DNA of 64,000 nucleotides from Bacteroidia bacterium (GTDB lineage Bacteria; Bacteroidota; Bacteroidia; 2-12-FULL-35-15), in contig JAEUTU010000026.1 of assembly GCA_016786925.1 (NCBI GenBank), forward strand, positions 18,044 to 82,043, written 5' to 3'. Every line of letters begins with the position of its first letter. Position 1 is the stretch's first letter. The notes under the pieces are model-generated. The model was given only the letters and a program-made list of their open reading frames with translations. It did not search any database and had not been told where the DNA came from. This document shows, one piece after another, positions 1 through 9,814 of the stretch. The position numbers and the translations under genes are program-made.

Positions 1-66
1 AATTGTTAGAAATTACAAGGCGGAAGCTGAAGGTATCAGCATCGACAAGATCATTTCCGATTTATT

Positions 67-450
67 ATGATATCCGATACCCGGTATACCATCAGCCTTA
101 TTGATTCCCAAATCGTCAAGGTCGAAGTGCATGAAGATGCAGAGATCGATCTTCGTGAAGCAATTGATATGCGAAAGAAAGCTGTACAGCTGGTAGGCGA
201 TAAAAAATTTGCTATCCTATTTGATGCCAATCATCGTGGAAACATTACTCCTGAAGCACGCGAACAATTTGCTTGTAAAGAGTATACCGATGTTAGAATA
301 GGTGCAGCAATAGTCACCAACTCACTAGCCAATAAGATCATTGGTAATTTTTTTATAAAATTTAATAAACCGGCAACACCTACAAAGATCTTCTCTGACG
401 AAAGCTCTGCTGTTAATTGGCTAAGGGAACAATTACAACGTTCTGTCTGA
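67..450 (+). CDS. Hypothetical small protein, STAS/SpoIIAA-like fold suspected; paralog of next gene
   Basis: 127 aa ORF. Tandem paralog of 518..904, sharing the C-terminal motif NFFIK..P..PT.(I/F)FS.E..A..WL. No TM segment or signal peptide. Confidence 0.45.
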   Translation: MISDTRYTISLIDSQIVKVEVHEDAEIDLREAIDMRKKAVQLVGDKKFAILFDANHRGNITPEAREQFACKEYTDVRIGAAIVTNSLANKIIGNFFIKFNKPATPTKIFSDESSAVNWLREQLQRSV

Positions 451-517
451 CATTGTTTCTTATTGCAGCATATTTTTTATATGTATAATTCATTATGTTT
501 GCAAAAGAATATAAACT

Positions 518-904
518 ATGAGCGTTGTAAAAACTCCTGGCGCAACCATTCATTTTAGGGATGATCAAATCATTCATATCCATTATGATGATATGTTTCT
601 CACTTATGATGATAGTGTAAGAATATTCAAGTTCACCCGTGAACATGCTCCATGGGAGGTCGCGCCACTTTATCTGACAGGCGGTTCTTTTAGTAATCAG
701 GATGCAGAATCAAAAAAATTCAATGGCAGTGATGTTGTAATGAAACATTGCTCTGCTGTTGCTTTTCTGTCTCAAACTCTCGGACATCAGATGCTAGCCA
801 ATTTTTTCATTAAGATCATTCGTCCTTCTTCGCCTACACAATTCTTTTCGCAAGAACAAGAGGCTATTGAATGGTTGAAGCAATTCCCGGTAGTGCCTAA
901 ATAA
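518..904 (+). CDS. Hypothetical small protein, tandem paralog of 67..450
   Basis: 128 aa ORF with the same C-terminal motif as the upstream gene (ANFFIKIIRPSSPTQFFSQEQEAIEWL). Followed by an intrinsic terminator. Confidence 0.45.
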   Translation: MSVVKTPGATIHFRDDQIIHIHYDDMFLTYDDSVRIFKFTREHAPWEVAPLYLTGGSFSNQDAESKKFNGSDVVMKHCSAVAFLSQTLGHQMLANFFIKIIRPSSPTQFFSQEQEAIEWLKQFPVVPK

Positions 905-936
905 AAAAAGCCCCCGATTTTTATCGGGGGCTTTTT
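904..936. terminator. Bidirectional rho-independent terminator
   Basis: aaaaaagcccccgatttttatcgggggcttttt: A-tract, 8-bp GC stem, loop, T-tract. Lies between convergent genes. Confidence 0.7.
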
Positions 937-951
937 ATTGTTTTATAATTC

Positions 952-2340
952 TTACATATGAATTACTTCACCGTATGCAGCAGCAGCTGCTTCCATTACA
1001 GCTTCACTCATCGTAGGGTGAGGGTGAACCGTTTTGATCAATTCATGACCAGTCGTTTCTAATTTTCTGATCGCTACGATCTCTGCTATCATTTCAGTAA
1101 CGTTTGCACCGATCATATGAGCACCTAATAATTCGCCATATTTCGCATCAAAGATCAATTTCACAAATCCATCTTTTGCACCCGCTGCACTTGCCTTCCC
1201 GCTGGCAGAGAATGGGAATTTACCGATCTTTAATTCGTATCCGGCTTCTTTCGCTTTTGCTTCAGTCATACCAACTGATGCGATCTCCGGTTGGCAATAG
1301 GTACAGCCCGGAATGTTGTTATAATCCAATGGCTCCGGATGGTGCCCTGCAATTTTCTCCACACAAATAATTCCTTCTGCTGAAGCAACGTGTGCCAATG
1401 CTTGTCCGCCTACACAGTCGCCAATAGCGTAATATCCCGGAATGTTTGTTTGATAATATGGATTCGTCAATATTTTTCCTTTGTCGGTTGCAATACCGGT
1501 TTCTTCTAAACCAATATTTTCAATGTTTGCCTGAATACCTACAGCAGAAAGTACGATCTCGGCATCAACGATCTTTTCACCCGTTTTAGTTTTGATCTTC
1601 ACTTTGCAATCTGCTCCTTTGGTATCAACACTTTCTACACTTGATTCAACCATCACATCAATACCGATCTTTTTGAATGAACGCTCCAATTGTTTTGATA
1701 CTTCTGTATCTTCTACAGGAACAATTCCCGGCATGAATTCTACCAATGTTACTTTGGTTCCCATAGTTGCATAGAAATAAGCAAACTCACTTCCAATAGC
1801 ACCGGAACCAACAACTACCATTGATTTAGGAAGTTTAGGTAGTGTCAATGCTTCACGGTAACCAATGATTTTTTCCCCATCTTGTGGTAAGTTTGGTAAC
1901 TGGCGTGAACGTGCGCCTGTGGCGATGATGATATTTTTAGCTTCTACTGTACTTACTTTTCCATCTGCAGCAGTCACTTCTACCTTTTTACCCGGCTTCA
2001 CTTTTCCTGTTCCATTAATGATGTCGATCTTGTTCTTTTTCATTAAGAACTGAACGCCTTTGCTCATTCCATCTGCTACGTCACGACTACGTTTTACAAC
2101 TGCTCCAAAATCAGCTTCTCCACCTTTTACAGTAATTCCATAATCGGAAGCATGATTTAAATATTCAAATACTTGTGCGCTCTTTAATAAGGCTTTTGTT
2201 GGAATACAGCCCCAATTCAAGCAAATACCACCAAGGTTTTCACGCTCAATAACTGCTGTTTTTAAACCCAATTGTGAAGCTCTGATTGCAGCAACATATC
2301 CACCAGGACCGCTACCTAAAACTACTAGATCGTAACTCAT
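952..2340 (-). CDS. lpdA: Dihydrolipoyl dehydrogenase (E3 component)
   Basis: N-terminal FAD motif VVLGSGPGGYVAAIRASQLG. Redox-active disulfide GGICLNWGCIPTK. C-terminal dimerisation/His-Pro-Glu region HPHPTMSE. Length 462 aa. Confidence 0.9.
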   Translation of the reverse strand: MSYDLVVLGSGPGGYVAAIRASQLGLKTAVIERENLGGICLNWGCIPTKALLKSAQVFEYLNHASDYGITVKGGEADFGAVVKRSRDVADGMSKGVQFLMKKNKIDIINGTGKVKPGKKVEVTAADGKVSTVEAKNIIIATGARSRQLPNLPQDGEKIIGYREALTLPKLPKSMVVVGSGAIGSEFAYFYATMGTKVTLVEFMPGIVPVEDTEVSKQLERSFKKIGIDVMVESSVESVDTKGADCKVKIKTKTGEKIVDAEIVLSAVGIQANIENIGLEETGIATDKGKILTNPYYQTNIPGYYAIGDCVGGQALAHVASAEGIICVEKIAGHHPEPLDYNNIPGCTYCQPEIASVGMTEAKAKEAGYELKIGKFPFSASGKASAAGAKDGFVKLIFDAKYGELLGAHMIGANVTEMIAEIVAIRKLETTGHELIKTVHPHPTMSEAVMEAAAAAYGEVIHM

Positions 2341-2492
2341 TTTTTGAAATTATAAATTGTGATTAGATTAATACTTATTTATGCAATGCGAATGTAACAA
2401 AAATATTTCTTTTTAATAGTCTCCAAGCCCGATTTTACAATTCTTTATGTTCTGTTTGTTTAGATTCGTAAATTCGCAGCAAACAAAATCCT

Positions 2493-4238
2493 ATGAAGTA
2501 TATTATCTCCTACGAAAAACCTCATAATCATTATATTGATATTGAATTCATTACTTCTGTGTCAGCTGAACAAACACTTGTTCAGTTGCCTGCATGGCGA
2601 CCGGGAAGGTATGAACTGGGGAATTTTGCGAAAAATGTTCAGAAATGGGCTGCATTCGATGAAAAAGGCAATGCATTGAATTTTAAAAAGAAGACGAAAG
2701 ATCAGTGGGAAGTGCAAACCAAAAATATAAAGCAGTTACATATTAAGTATAATTATTATGCTGCTGAAATAAATGCCGGTTCTACGTTTTTAGATGCTAC
2801 TCAATTGTATATGAATCCGGTCAACTGCTGTGTGTATGTTCCCGGTCGTATCAATGAAGCTTGTGAAATGAGTATTCTTGTTCCGGGGGGCTATTCCCTG
2901 GCAATGGGAGCTCGATGGAGAAAAATGGAAAATGGCTACCATGTTACATTTGAAAACTTTCATGAATTGGCCGACTCACCTTTTATAGCTTCAGGTACCT
3001 TACAGCATAATCAGTTTGTATGTGAAGGTGTTGAATTCAATTTGTGGTTTCAGGGAGAATGTAAACCTGATTGGTCAAAGCTTAATACTGATTTCATTAA
3101 ATTTTGTAATCATCAATTAGAGATGATGAAGAGTTTTCCTGTAAAAGCCTATCACTTTCTTTTCCAAATTCTTCCTTATAGAACATATCATGGTGTAGAA
3201 CATGTTACTTCAACGGTAATTGCTCTTGGGCCCGGATATGGATTAATGAAAGGAGCTTTGTATGAAGATCTTTTGGGGGTGAGTTCTCATGAATTGTTTC
3301 ATGTGTGGAATGTGAAAACCATCCGTCCAATTGAAATGTTTCCATATGATTACACAAAAGAGAACTATTCGAAATTAGGCTATGTATGCGAAGGTTTAAC
3401 AACCTACTATGGTGATTATTTATTGTTCCGTTCGGGAGTATTTAATGAACAGCAGTATTTTCAAACCTTTGATGAACGCTTGCAAAAACATTTCGATAAT
3501 TTCGGACGCTTTAATCTTTCAGTTGCTGATTCCTCTTTTGATACATGGCTGGATGGCTATGCTCCCGGTATCCCAAATAGAAAGACCAATATTTATGATG
3601 AAGGAAATTTATTGGCCTTTGTCACCGATATGTTCATTCGAAAAAACTCAAAAAACGAATATTGTCTGGATGATGTGATGCGTCATTTGTATCAAGAGTT
3701 TGCTCTAAAAGGGAATGGATATTCGGAGGAAGATTATAAAGGCTGTGTGGAACATTATGCCAATACTTCTTATGATGCGATCTTCGAGAATTATATTCAT
3801 GGTGTTAAAAATTATGAATCCTTATTACAAGAAGCCATGGATTATGTAGGCTGTGAATTATCACTTCTTCCTTCTACTAAATTTCAGGAGTCATCTTTAG
3901 GCTTTAAAGTGTTGGACATGGCAGGAGTGTTGAAGGTAAGTGCCGTTTATCCCGATTCAGTATCAGATAGAGCTGGTTTGTCATTAAACGATGAGCTACT
4001 GGCTATAAATCATATTCAGCTAAAAGCAGATGGTAGTGGAACCGGATTTTCGGAATGGTGCAGTTATTTTTCGAAAGAAGTCATCGAACTTACGGTTTCA
4101 ACAATGGGCATCATTAAAAAGATCCAACTAACAGCAGATACGAATAAGTATTATAAAATAGCTCAAATTAAAAAGAAAACAGGCGCTTCTGATGAACAAA
4201 AGCGTAATTTTGAAAGCTGGAGCAAGAACAAATTTTAA
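2493..4238 (+). CDS. M61 family glycyl aminopeptidase-like metallopeptidase with C-terminal PDZ-like domain
   Basis: HExxH zinc motif (SSHELFHVWNV). Size of 581 aa and the C-terminal region are consistent with the PDZ found in M61 peptidases. Confidence 0.6.
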   Translation: MKYIISYEKPHNHYIDIEFITSVSAEQTLVQLPAWRPGRYELGNFAKNVQKWAAFDEKGNALNFKKKTKDQWEVQTKNIKQLHIKYNYYAAEINAGSTFLDATQLYMNPVNCCVYVPGRINEACEMSILVPGGYSLAMGARWRKMENGYHVTFENFHELADSPFIASGTLQHNQFVCEGVEFNLWFQGECKPDWSKLNTDFIKFCNHQLEMMKSFPVKAYHFLFQILPYRTYHGVEHVTSTVIALGPGYGLMKGALYEDLLGVSSHELFHVWNVKTIRPIEMFPYDYTKENYSKLGYVCEGLTTYYGDYLLFRSGVFNEQQYFQTFDERLQKHFDNFGRFNLSVADSSFDTWLDGYAPGIPNRKTNIYDEGNLLAFVTDMFIRKNSKNEYCLDDVMRHLYQEFALKGNGYSEEDYKGCVEHYANTSYDAIFENYIHGVKNYESLLQEAMDYVGCELSLLPSTKFQESSLGFKVLDMAGVLKVSAVYPDSVSDRAGLSLNDELLAINHIQLKADGSGTGFSEWCSYFSKEVIELTVSTMGIIKKIQLTADTNKYYKIAQIKKKTGASDEQKRNFESWSKNKF

Positions 4239-4243
4239 ATTTT

Positions 4244-4684
4244 ATGGAAAACGAAACTATCAATACTAGTAATGAGAAACCAAAGCGTCCTCAACTTTTA
4301 AGTATTCTTTGTGTACTAACATTCATTTCAAGTGGATTGGGCATAATTACATCTATTTTAACGCCTATCATGTCTGATAAATTAGTTGAGTTTATAGTGA
4401 GTATGCCTTCCTATGAACAAAATCTGACGCAGGAAGGTCTGATCATTTTAAAAGCAGGTTGGGGGTATTACTTGATCTCACTGGCTCTGATTTCCGGTTC
4501 GCTCACTGGAGCTATATATATGTGGAAGCTAAAAAAGATCGGTTTCCATTTCTATACAATTGCCAATATTCTACTTTTTTGTCTCCCTAGCCTTATGTTG
4601 GGTTTAAATTTCGACTTGATCGGCTTAGTAATGCCGGGTGTTTTCATAGGTCTTTATGCCTTGAATTTGAAATACATGGAATAG
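4244..4684 (+). CDS. Hypothetical 4-TM membrane protein (paralog A)
   Basis: 146 aa with hydrophobic helices. N-terminal KRPQLLSILCVLTFISSGLGIITSIL is shared with the downstream paralog. Confidence 0.5.
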   Translation: MENETINTSNEKPKRPQLLSILCVLTFISSGLGIITSILTPIMSDKLVEFIVSMPSYEQNLTQEGLIILKAGWGYYLISLALISGSLTGAIYMWKLKKIGFHFYTIANILLFCLPSLMLGLNFDLIGLVMPGVFIGLYALNLKYME

Positions 4685-4812
4685 TTTGAGCTAACATTAT
4701 TAACAGGTAAATTGTTTTGCTTGTTAATAAGTTATGTGGTAGGGTGTTTTATCATCTTGTTTTTTTTACTTAATTAGCTAAACAAAACACTTTAACCCTT
4801 AAATTTAAAACT

Positions 4813-5268
4813 ATGGAACAAGAAAACACAGGAGCTGGTGCACCAGCAAAAAGACCAACATTCTTAACAGTATTATGTATTTTATCATTCGTAGCTGCAG
4901 GTATAGGAGTAATTGCTTCTATCTTAGGTTACGTTGGTATGCAAGCTGCTGAGAACATGGGAATGAGCTTAACAGAAGGTATGGAAGGTATGGAGTCTAT
5001 GCCAGGAATGGAAGAGGCTATTAGCATGATGAAACATGCAAAAACATTGTTAATTGTTGGGATCATTGTTACTTTGATCGCTCTTTACGGTGTTATCCAA
5101 ATGTGGAAACAGAAAAAAATGGGCTTTTATATCTATACAGGAGCTCAAGTAATTGGTATCATTGTACCGGTAGTTATTGCAGGAATGGCTGCATTCTCTA
5201 CTTTTGGTGTAATTCTTTCAGTTGCATTCATCGTAATGTACGGATTGAACCTAAAACACATGTCTTAG
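4813..5268 (+). CDS. Hypothetical 4-TM membrane protein (paralog B) with Met-rich insert
   Basis: 151 aa. KRPTFLTVLCILSFVAAGIGVIASIL matches paralog A. Extra Met-rich loop MGMSLTEGMEGMESMPGMEEAISMM. Terminator downstream. Confidence 0.5.
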   Translation: MEQENTGAGAPAKRPTFLTVLCILSFVAAGIGVIASILGYVGMQAAENMGMSLTEGMEGMESMPGMEEAISMMKHAKTLLIVGIIVTLIALYGVIQMWKQKKMGFYIYTGAQVIGIIVPVVIAGMAAFSTFGVILSVAFIVMYGLNLKHMS

Positions 5269-5283
5269 TCGTTTTACACTTAC

Positions 5284-5320
5284 AAAAAAGCCCTTCTGTC
5301 ATTTACAGAAGGGCTTTTTT
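5284..5320. terminator. Bidirectional rho-independent terminator
   Basis: aaaaaagcccttctgtcatttacagaagggctttttt between convergent genes. Confidence 0.7.
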
Positions 5321-5341
5321 ATTGGTATCACTTTATGCTTA

Positions 5342-5719
5342 TTATTTCATAGCAATAACGCTGATCTCTACATTTACATTCAATGGTAATTTAGAAACCT
5401 GAACGGTTTCTCTGGCCGGGAAATCAGAAGTAAAATAAGAACCATACACTTCATTTACCTGAGCAAAATTGTTCATGTCGGTCAAAAAGATCGTTGTTTT
5501 GCATACATTTGAAAAATCCATCCCTGCATCTGTTAAAATTGCTTTTAGGTTATGCATTACCTGATGCGTCTCGTCTTTAATATTCCCTAATACCATTTCT
5601 CCATTTTCAGCTTTTTTAGCTACTTGTCCGCTAACAAATAGTGTATTGCCAAATAACACAGCATGGCTGTATGGACCGATCGGTGCCGGTGCATTTTTTG
5701 ATGTGATCACTTTTTTCAT
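5342..5719 (-). CDS. ridA: RidA/YjgF family reactive-intermediate deaminase
   Basis: MKKVITSKNAPAPIGPYSHAV...VSGQ signature of the YjgF/RidA family. The internal ATG at 5719 is chosen over the upstream ATG at 5752. Confidence 0.8.
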   Translation of the reverse strand: MKKVITSKNAPAPIGPYSHAVLFGNTLFVSGQVAKKAENGEMVLGNIKDETHQVMHNLKAILTDAGMDFSNVCKTTIFLTDMNNFAQVNEVYGSYFTSDFPARETVQVSKLPLNVNVEISVIAMK

Positions 5720-5802
5720 ATGGTTCGTTTTTTTTATGTTTTTAATTTTCAATGATATTTATCAATTCTCATATCTGATATCTCATGTCTAACATCTAGT
5801 CT

Positions 5803-8346
5803 CTAGTAAGCATAATCATACCAGTCTTTTCTTCTGCTCAATTTCAGGTCGCGCAAAACAGATGATTTTACATTAATATCGATCGAAAAACTCTGACGGA
5901 ATCCGAATGGAACCCAATTGAAATGCATTTCCCAGCAATGCAGATCGCGATACACATTGATAGATGTCAGAGTCATTTCTTTTCTTGTAAAATCATACCC
6001 GGATGTAACACTTACTTTCCATTTTTTAGTAATACTCAAGTCGCCATTAAATGTGAGCGACTGCGTATATTGGTCATTCAAGACATAAACAATAGATGAT
6101 CCCACCAATTCCTGTTTCACCACTTTGGCATATTGTACATTGTAATATACATTTAAACTCCATGGTATGCTATAATCGACATAGGCATTCGGATTTTTGT
6201 TGATATAATCCAACTCATCCGGTGTTGCCAGTTTACTTGTTTTGTTTTGATTGTTATTCTCTTTGCTTCTTAGGCTCGTGCTTACCGATAAATTCGCATT
6301 GGTCAATCGGCCGATCCGTCCATTGTTCCACTCAAACCGTTCTATTCGTGTTCCGGTAGAATCGATCTGGTATGGATCAAAAATAGCAATGGTATTGATA
6401 TCAAAAAGGCGGAATAATTTTGTTCTTGCATTCAAGTTGATCGTACTCCATTGATAATTTTTGGCAGCCATATTATAACTGAAAGCGACACCTAAATTAT
6501 CCAATAAGGATGTTTTGCGATATACACTTCCGGAATCCGTTTGTATCTTTTTCTTTGCTTCCAATGTATTGTTCAATGTAAAACCGATCAAGCCGGATCT
6601 TCCTGCTCCCGGTGAGCCATATACTCCGTTTTGAAAAATGGAGTATTGCTGGTAATTACCCAAATTATCGCTTTGTACACTTTGGTAATAACCATACTGA
6701 TTTTCAGAGAAATCGGGACGGTAACTGGCAGTAATGGTTGGAGTGGCTACATGGCGGATCTGTTTTAAACGTTTGGTCTTAAAATAATAATCACCATAGA
6801 TTCGAGTGGTCAAACCTGCACTTGCATTGAAATCGTTCGCCACCTGAGCTCCCGTTAAAGTATCCGTAAAAATAGCATTCACATTCGGATCGTATCTCTT
6901 ACGGATGGTTTGAAAATAAACCGTACTGGAAGTGTTGATCGTTGGAGTGAGTGTAAAATATTTTAAAATGTTTAATGATGTACTGATCGGGACATTTAAA
7001 CGGGCACCATTCCGCATCTTACCAAGTGTCTGGTTGGTGAATAACAATGAATCGTAAGTGTTGATGTCGTTTCTGGCATTAGCAGTTGCGCTGATACCGA
7101 TCTTATCATACCATCTTGGTTTTACACTGTTCTTATTTTTAAACGGATAGATCCTGTTCATGGTCAATGCTAATTCCGGCAAACTGATGTCCATCTTTTT
7201 GGTGATGGTGTTCTGACTATGACGTGCATTAGCTGAGAAATTGAAAGGTGTTCCTGTAAATGATTTGGAATACGAAACATTTGATTGAAAGGTATTGGAT
7301 AGATAATCGCCTGTTACGCCACCATTGTATTTGTTAAAAGAGCTGCTTCCTGCATTCACATTCGCGGAAAAGCGACTAGAAGGATGTGCTTTCATATCCT
7401 GCTGATGATTCCAGCGGATAAAAAAATCGTTCCTGGTAATGGAATTGGGTAATTCTCTGTCGCCTTCAATGATCCTTGAATAGCTTAAATTCAAGTTTCC
7501 ATTGTACTTATACCGTTTTTTATAATTGGTGTTTGTCTTTGCTCCAAAACTTCCATTGGCATAAATACTTCCTAATAGAGCAAGATCGAAATATTCATTC
7601 TTTCCAAAATAAAAACCGCCATCTCTTAAAAAGAATCCGAGATTGTTCGACTCACCATATGTTGGAATAATAATACCCGATGCTCTTCCTTTTTTGTTGG
7701 GGAAGTATCCGAAAGGGATGGCCAATGGAGTGGGTATGTCGGCAATGTAAAGCATGGCAGGGCCTGTAACGATCTTGTCATCAGGGATCACTTTGATCTT
7801 TTTAGCGCCAATATAAAAATGAGGGTGATCCAGATCGCAGGTGGTGTATTTCCCGTGTCCTACATAATACGTATTGTTCGTATCCTTTTTAATGTCTCTA
7901 CCATGAATATAGCCTTCACCTTGTTGAGTGATCACATCTTTGATCTTTCCTTTTTTAGTATTGAAGTTATAGGTGATCTCCCCGGCATCATACTTCCCAT
8001 CTTTATTTGAAAAAACAGGTGTTTGCGTCATCTTTCCTGCACTATCTTTTGTGCCCGATGCATGCACTAAATTGTTCTTGAAGTCAATTTCAATATAGCC
8101 GGCATTCATCTTCATGTCTTCATACAAAACCTCGGCATTATTAAAAAGGTATGCTTTTTGATTTACCATGTCTATAAGCATGGAATCAGTTGCAGTATAT
8201 TTTACTTTTTCATTTAAAAAGGAGCTTCCCGACTTTTTAATGGTATCGGCAGGAGAGGATAAAGCAGAAAATGCGAATCCATTACTTGTTGCACTTATTA
8301 ACAAGCAAAGGAGGATAAAAAAAGATCTACTGAAAATTAAACGCAA
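5803..8346 (-). CDS. LPS-assembly LptD/OstA-like outer membrane protein
   Basis: 847 aa with a signal peptide. The N-terminal OstA-like segment is DSMLIDMVNQKAYLFNNAEVLYEDMKMNAGYIEIDF. The long, Tyr/Asn/Ser-rich rest is typical of Bacteroidota LptD. Confidence 0.6.
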   Translation of the reverse strand: MRLIFSRSFFILLCLLISATSNGFAFSALSSPADTIKKSGSSFLNEKVKYTATDSMLIDMVNQKAYLFNNAEVLYEDMKMNAGYIEIDFKNNLVHASGTKDSAGKMTQTPVFSNKDGKYDAGEITYNFNTKKGKIKDVITQQGEGYIHGRDIKKDTNNTYYVGHGKYTTCDLDHPHFYIGAKKIKVIPDDKIVTGPAMLYIADIPTPLAIPFGYFPNKKGRASGIIIPTYGESNNLGFFLRDGGFYFGKNEYFDLALLGSIYANGSFGAKTNTNYKKRYKYNGNLNLSYSRIIEGDRELPNSITRNDFFIRWNHQQDMKAHPSSRFSANVNAGSSSFNKYNGGVTGDYLSNTFQSNVSYSKSFTGTPFNFSANARHSQNTITKKMDISLPELALTMNRIYPFKNKNSVKPRWYDKIGISATANARNDINTYDSLLFTNQTLGKMRNGARLNVPISTSLNILKYFTLTPTINTSSTVYFQTIRKRYDPNVNAIFTDTLTGAQVANDFNASAGLTTRIYGDYYFKTKRLKQIRHVATPTITASYRPDFSENQYGYYQSVQSDNLGNYQQYSIFQNGVYGSPGAGRSGLIGFTLNNTLEAKKKIQTDSGSVYRKTSLLDNLGVAFSYNMAAKNYQWSTINLNARTKLFRLFDINTIAIFDPYQIDSTGTRIERFEWNNGRIGRLTNANLSVSTSLRSKENNNQNKTSKLATPDELDYINKNPNAYVDYSIPWSLNVYYNVQYAKVVKQELVGSSIVYVLNDQYTQSLTFNGDLSITKKWKVSVTSGYDFTRKEMTLTSINVYRDLHCWEMHFNWVPFGFRQSFSIDINVKSSVLRDLKLSRRKDWYDYAY

Positions 8347-8440
8347 TTTTTACTGCTAATTTTGTGTTATATACCAATTTCAGGGCTCAAAACTATAAAA
8401 AAATAACAGTTTTTGCCCCATTTATTTAGTTGTTTACAAG

Positions 8441-9736
8441 ATGAGATACATCATTTACATAAGTATATTTCTTGCTGCTGTTTTTTTAACGAGCTCATTT
8501 ATACCAAAATTCAAGCCAATATTTGGAGTTAAGACCGTTGTGATCGATGCCGGACATGGCGGAAAGGATCCCGGCTGTCATGGTGCTAAGTACAAAGAAA
8601 AGGATGTAGCCTTAGCTGTCTCTTTGAAATTAGGAGCATATATCGAGGAAAATTTCAAGGATGTAAAAGTTGTTTATACCCGTAAAACGGATGTTTTTCT
8701 TGAACTACAACAACGTGCCGAGATCGCTAATAAGGCTAAAGCGGATCTTTTTATTTGTATCCACTGTAATTCAGCTTGTTACAGAGATAAAAAATTAAAG
8801 AAAGATGTTTGTAAAGATGAAGTAGCCGGTGCAGAGACATATGTAATGGGTATTAAGAATGAGCAAGGCAAGCTGGATGTTGCCAAACGTGAGAACTCTG
8901 CCATTTTATTGGAAGATAACTATGTTCAAAAATACGATGGTTTCGATCCGAATTCCGATGAATCATACATCATCATGAGTATGTTTACTGACACCTATTT
9001 GAATCAGAGTTTGAGTTTTGCTCAAAAGGTTCAAAAGCAATATAAGACCAAGGCTGGGAGGGTAGATAAAGGAGTGAAGCGTGCCAGTTTATGGGTGCTT
9101 TGGAGAACGTATATGCCAAGTGTATTAACGGAGATAGGCTTTTTGACCAATCCGGAAGAAGAGCAGTTTTTGGGATCGGCTAAAGGACAAGATTATATTG
9201 CTTCCAGTTTATTCAGAGCCTTCAGAGAGTACAAAGATGAAGTGGAAGGGACAGTAAAAAAATACGATGATAACTTCGAAAAGCAGGAAAGTTATAAGTT
9301 AAGTAAAGAAGATTCATTGGAAGTAGCCGAATTAAGAAAGGCGCTTAAACCATCTGTAAAAGAGGGGGATACAGAAGATTCGACCCTTGTAAAAGAAGAA
9401 AAAACAATCGACAAGAAGGAAGAGGATAAAAAAGAGATCAAAAAAGAAGAAAAGAAAGAGGTAGTAGATAAGAAAGAATCCGATGTGAAAGCCGCTCCAA
9501 TTGTTTATAAGGTTCAAATCGCTTCTTCCGATAAAAAGATCCCGCTTGATTCCGACAAGTTCAAAGGCGTTGAAAAGCCAGGTGAATACCAGGATAAAGG
9601 TATCTACAAATATACGGCTGGTGAATACAGCAAACAGGAAGATGCTGTTCGTTTACAAGCTCTTTTAAGAAAACAAGGTTTTAAAGATGCATTTGTGATC
9701 GCAATGCAGGATGGGAAACGCATTCCTCTCAAGTAA
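8441..9736 (+). CDS. N-acetylmuramoyl-L-alanine amidase (Amidase_3) with C-terminal SPOR domain
   Basis: VVIDAGHGGKDPG catalytic start of Amidase_3. KE-rich linker. The C-terminal YKVQIASS...EDAVRLQALLRKQGFKDAFVIA matches the SPOR fold. Confidence 0.85.
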   Translation: MRYIIYISIFLAAVFLTSSFIPKFKPIFGVKTVVIDAGHGGKDPGCHGAKYKEKDVALAVSLKLGAYIEENFKDVKVVYTRKTDVFLELQQRAEIANKAKADLFICIHCNSACYRDKKLKKDVCKDEVAGAETYVMGIKNEQGKLDVAKRENSAILLEDNYVQKYDGFDPNSDESYIIMSMFTDTYLNQSLSFAQKVQKQYKTKAGRVDKGVKRASLWVLWRTYMPSVLTEIGFLTNPEEEQFLGSAKGQDYIASSLFRAFREYKDEVEGTVKKYDDNFEKQESYKLSKEDSLEVAELRKALKPSVKEGDTEDSTLVKEEKTIDKKEEDKKEIKKEEKKEVVDKKESDVKAAPIVYKVQIASSDKKIPLDSDKFKGVEKPGEYQDKGIYKYTAGEYSKQEDAVRLQALLRKQGFKDAFVIAMQDGKRIPLK

Positions 9737-9801
9737 TTCAAAATAATGTTCTCCCACAATATATTTGCATGGAAATCGTTTCCATGACGGATATTTTTAT
9801 T

Positions 9802-9809
9802 TAGCTTTG
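9802..9809 (+). promoter_or_regulatory. Candidate Bacteroidota -7 box TAnnTTTG (tagctttg) just upstream of the start codon
   Basis: Exact match to the TAnnTTTG consensus 6 nt before the ATG at 9815, which implies a very short leader or leaderless mRNA. Confidence 0.3.
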
Positions 9810-9814
9810 TGTGG

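Noticed and set aside
5103-5402. 99-aa ORF overlapping the end of the 4813..5268 gene and the terminator
   Set aside because: Alternate-frame overlap with a supported gene, and it runs through the terminator hairpin. Spurious.
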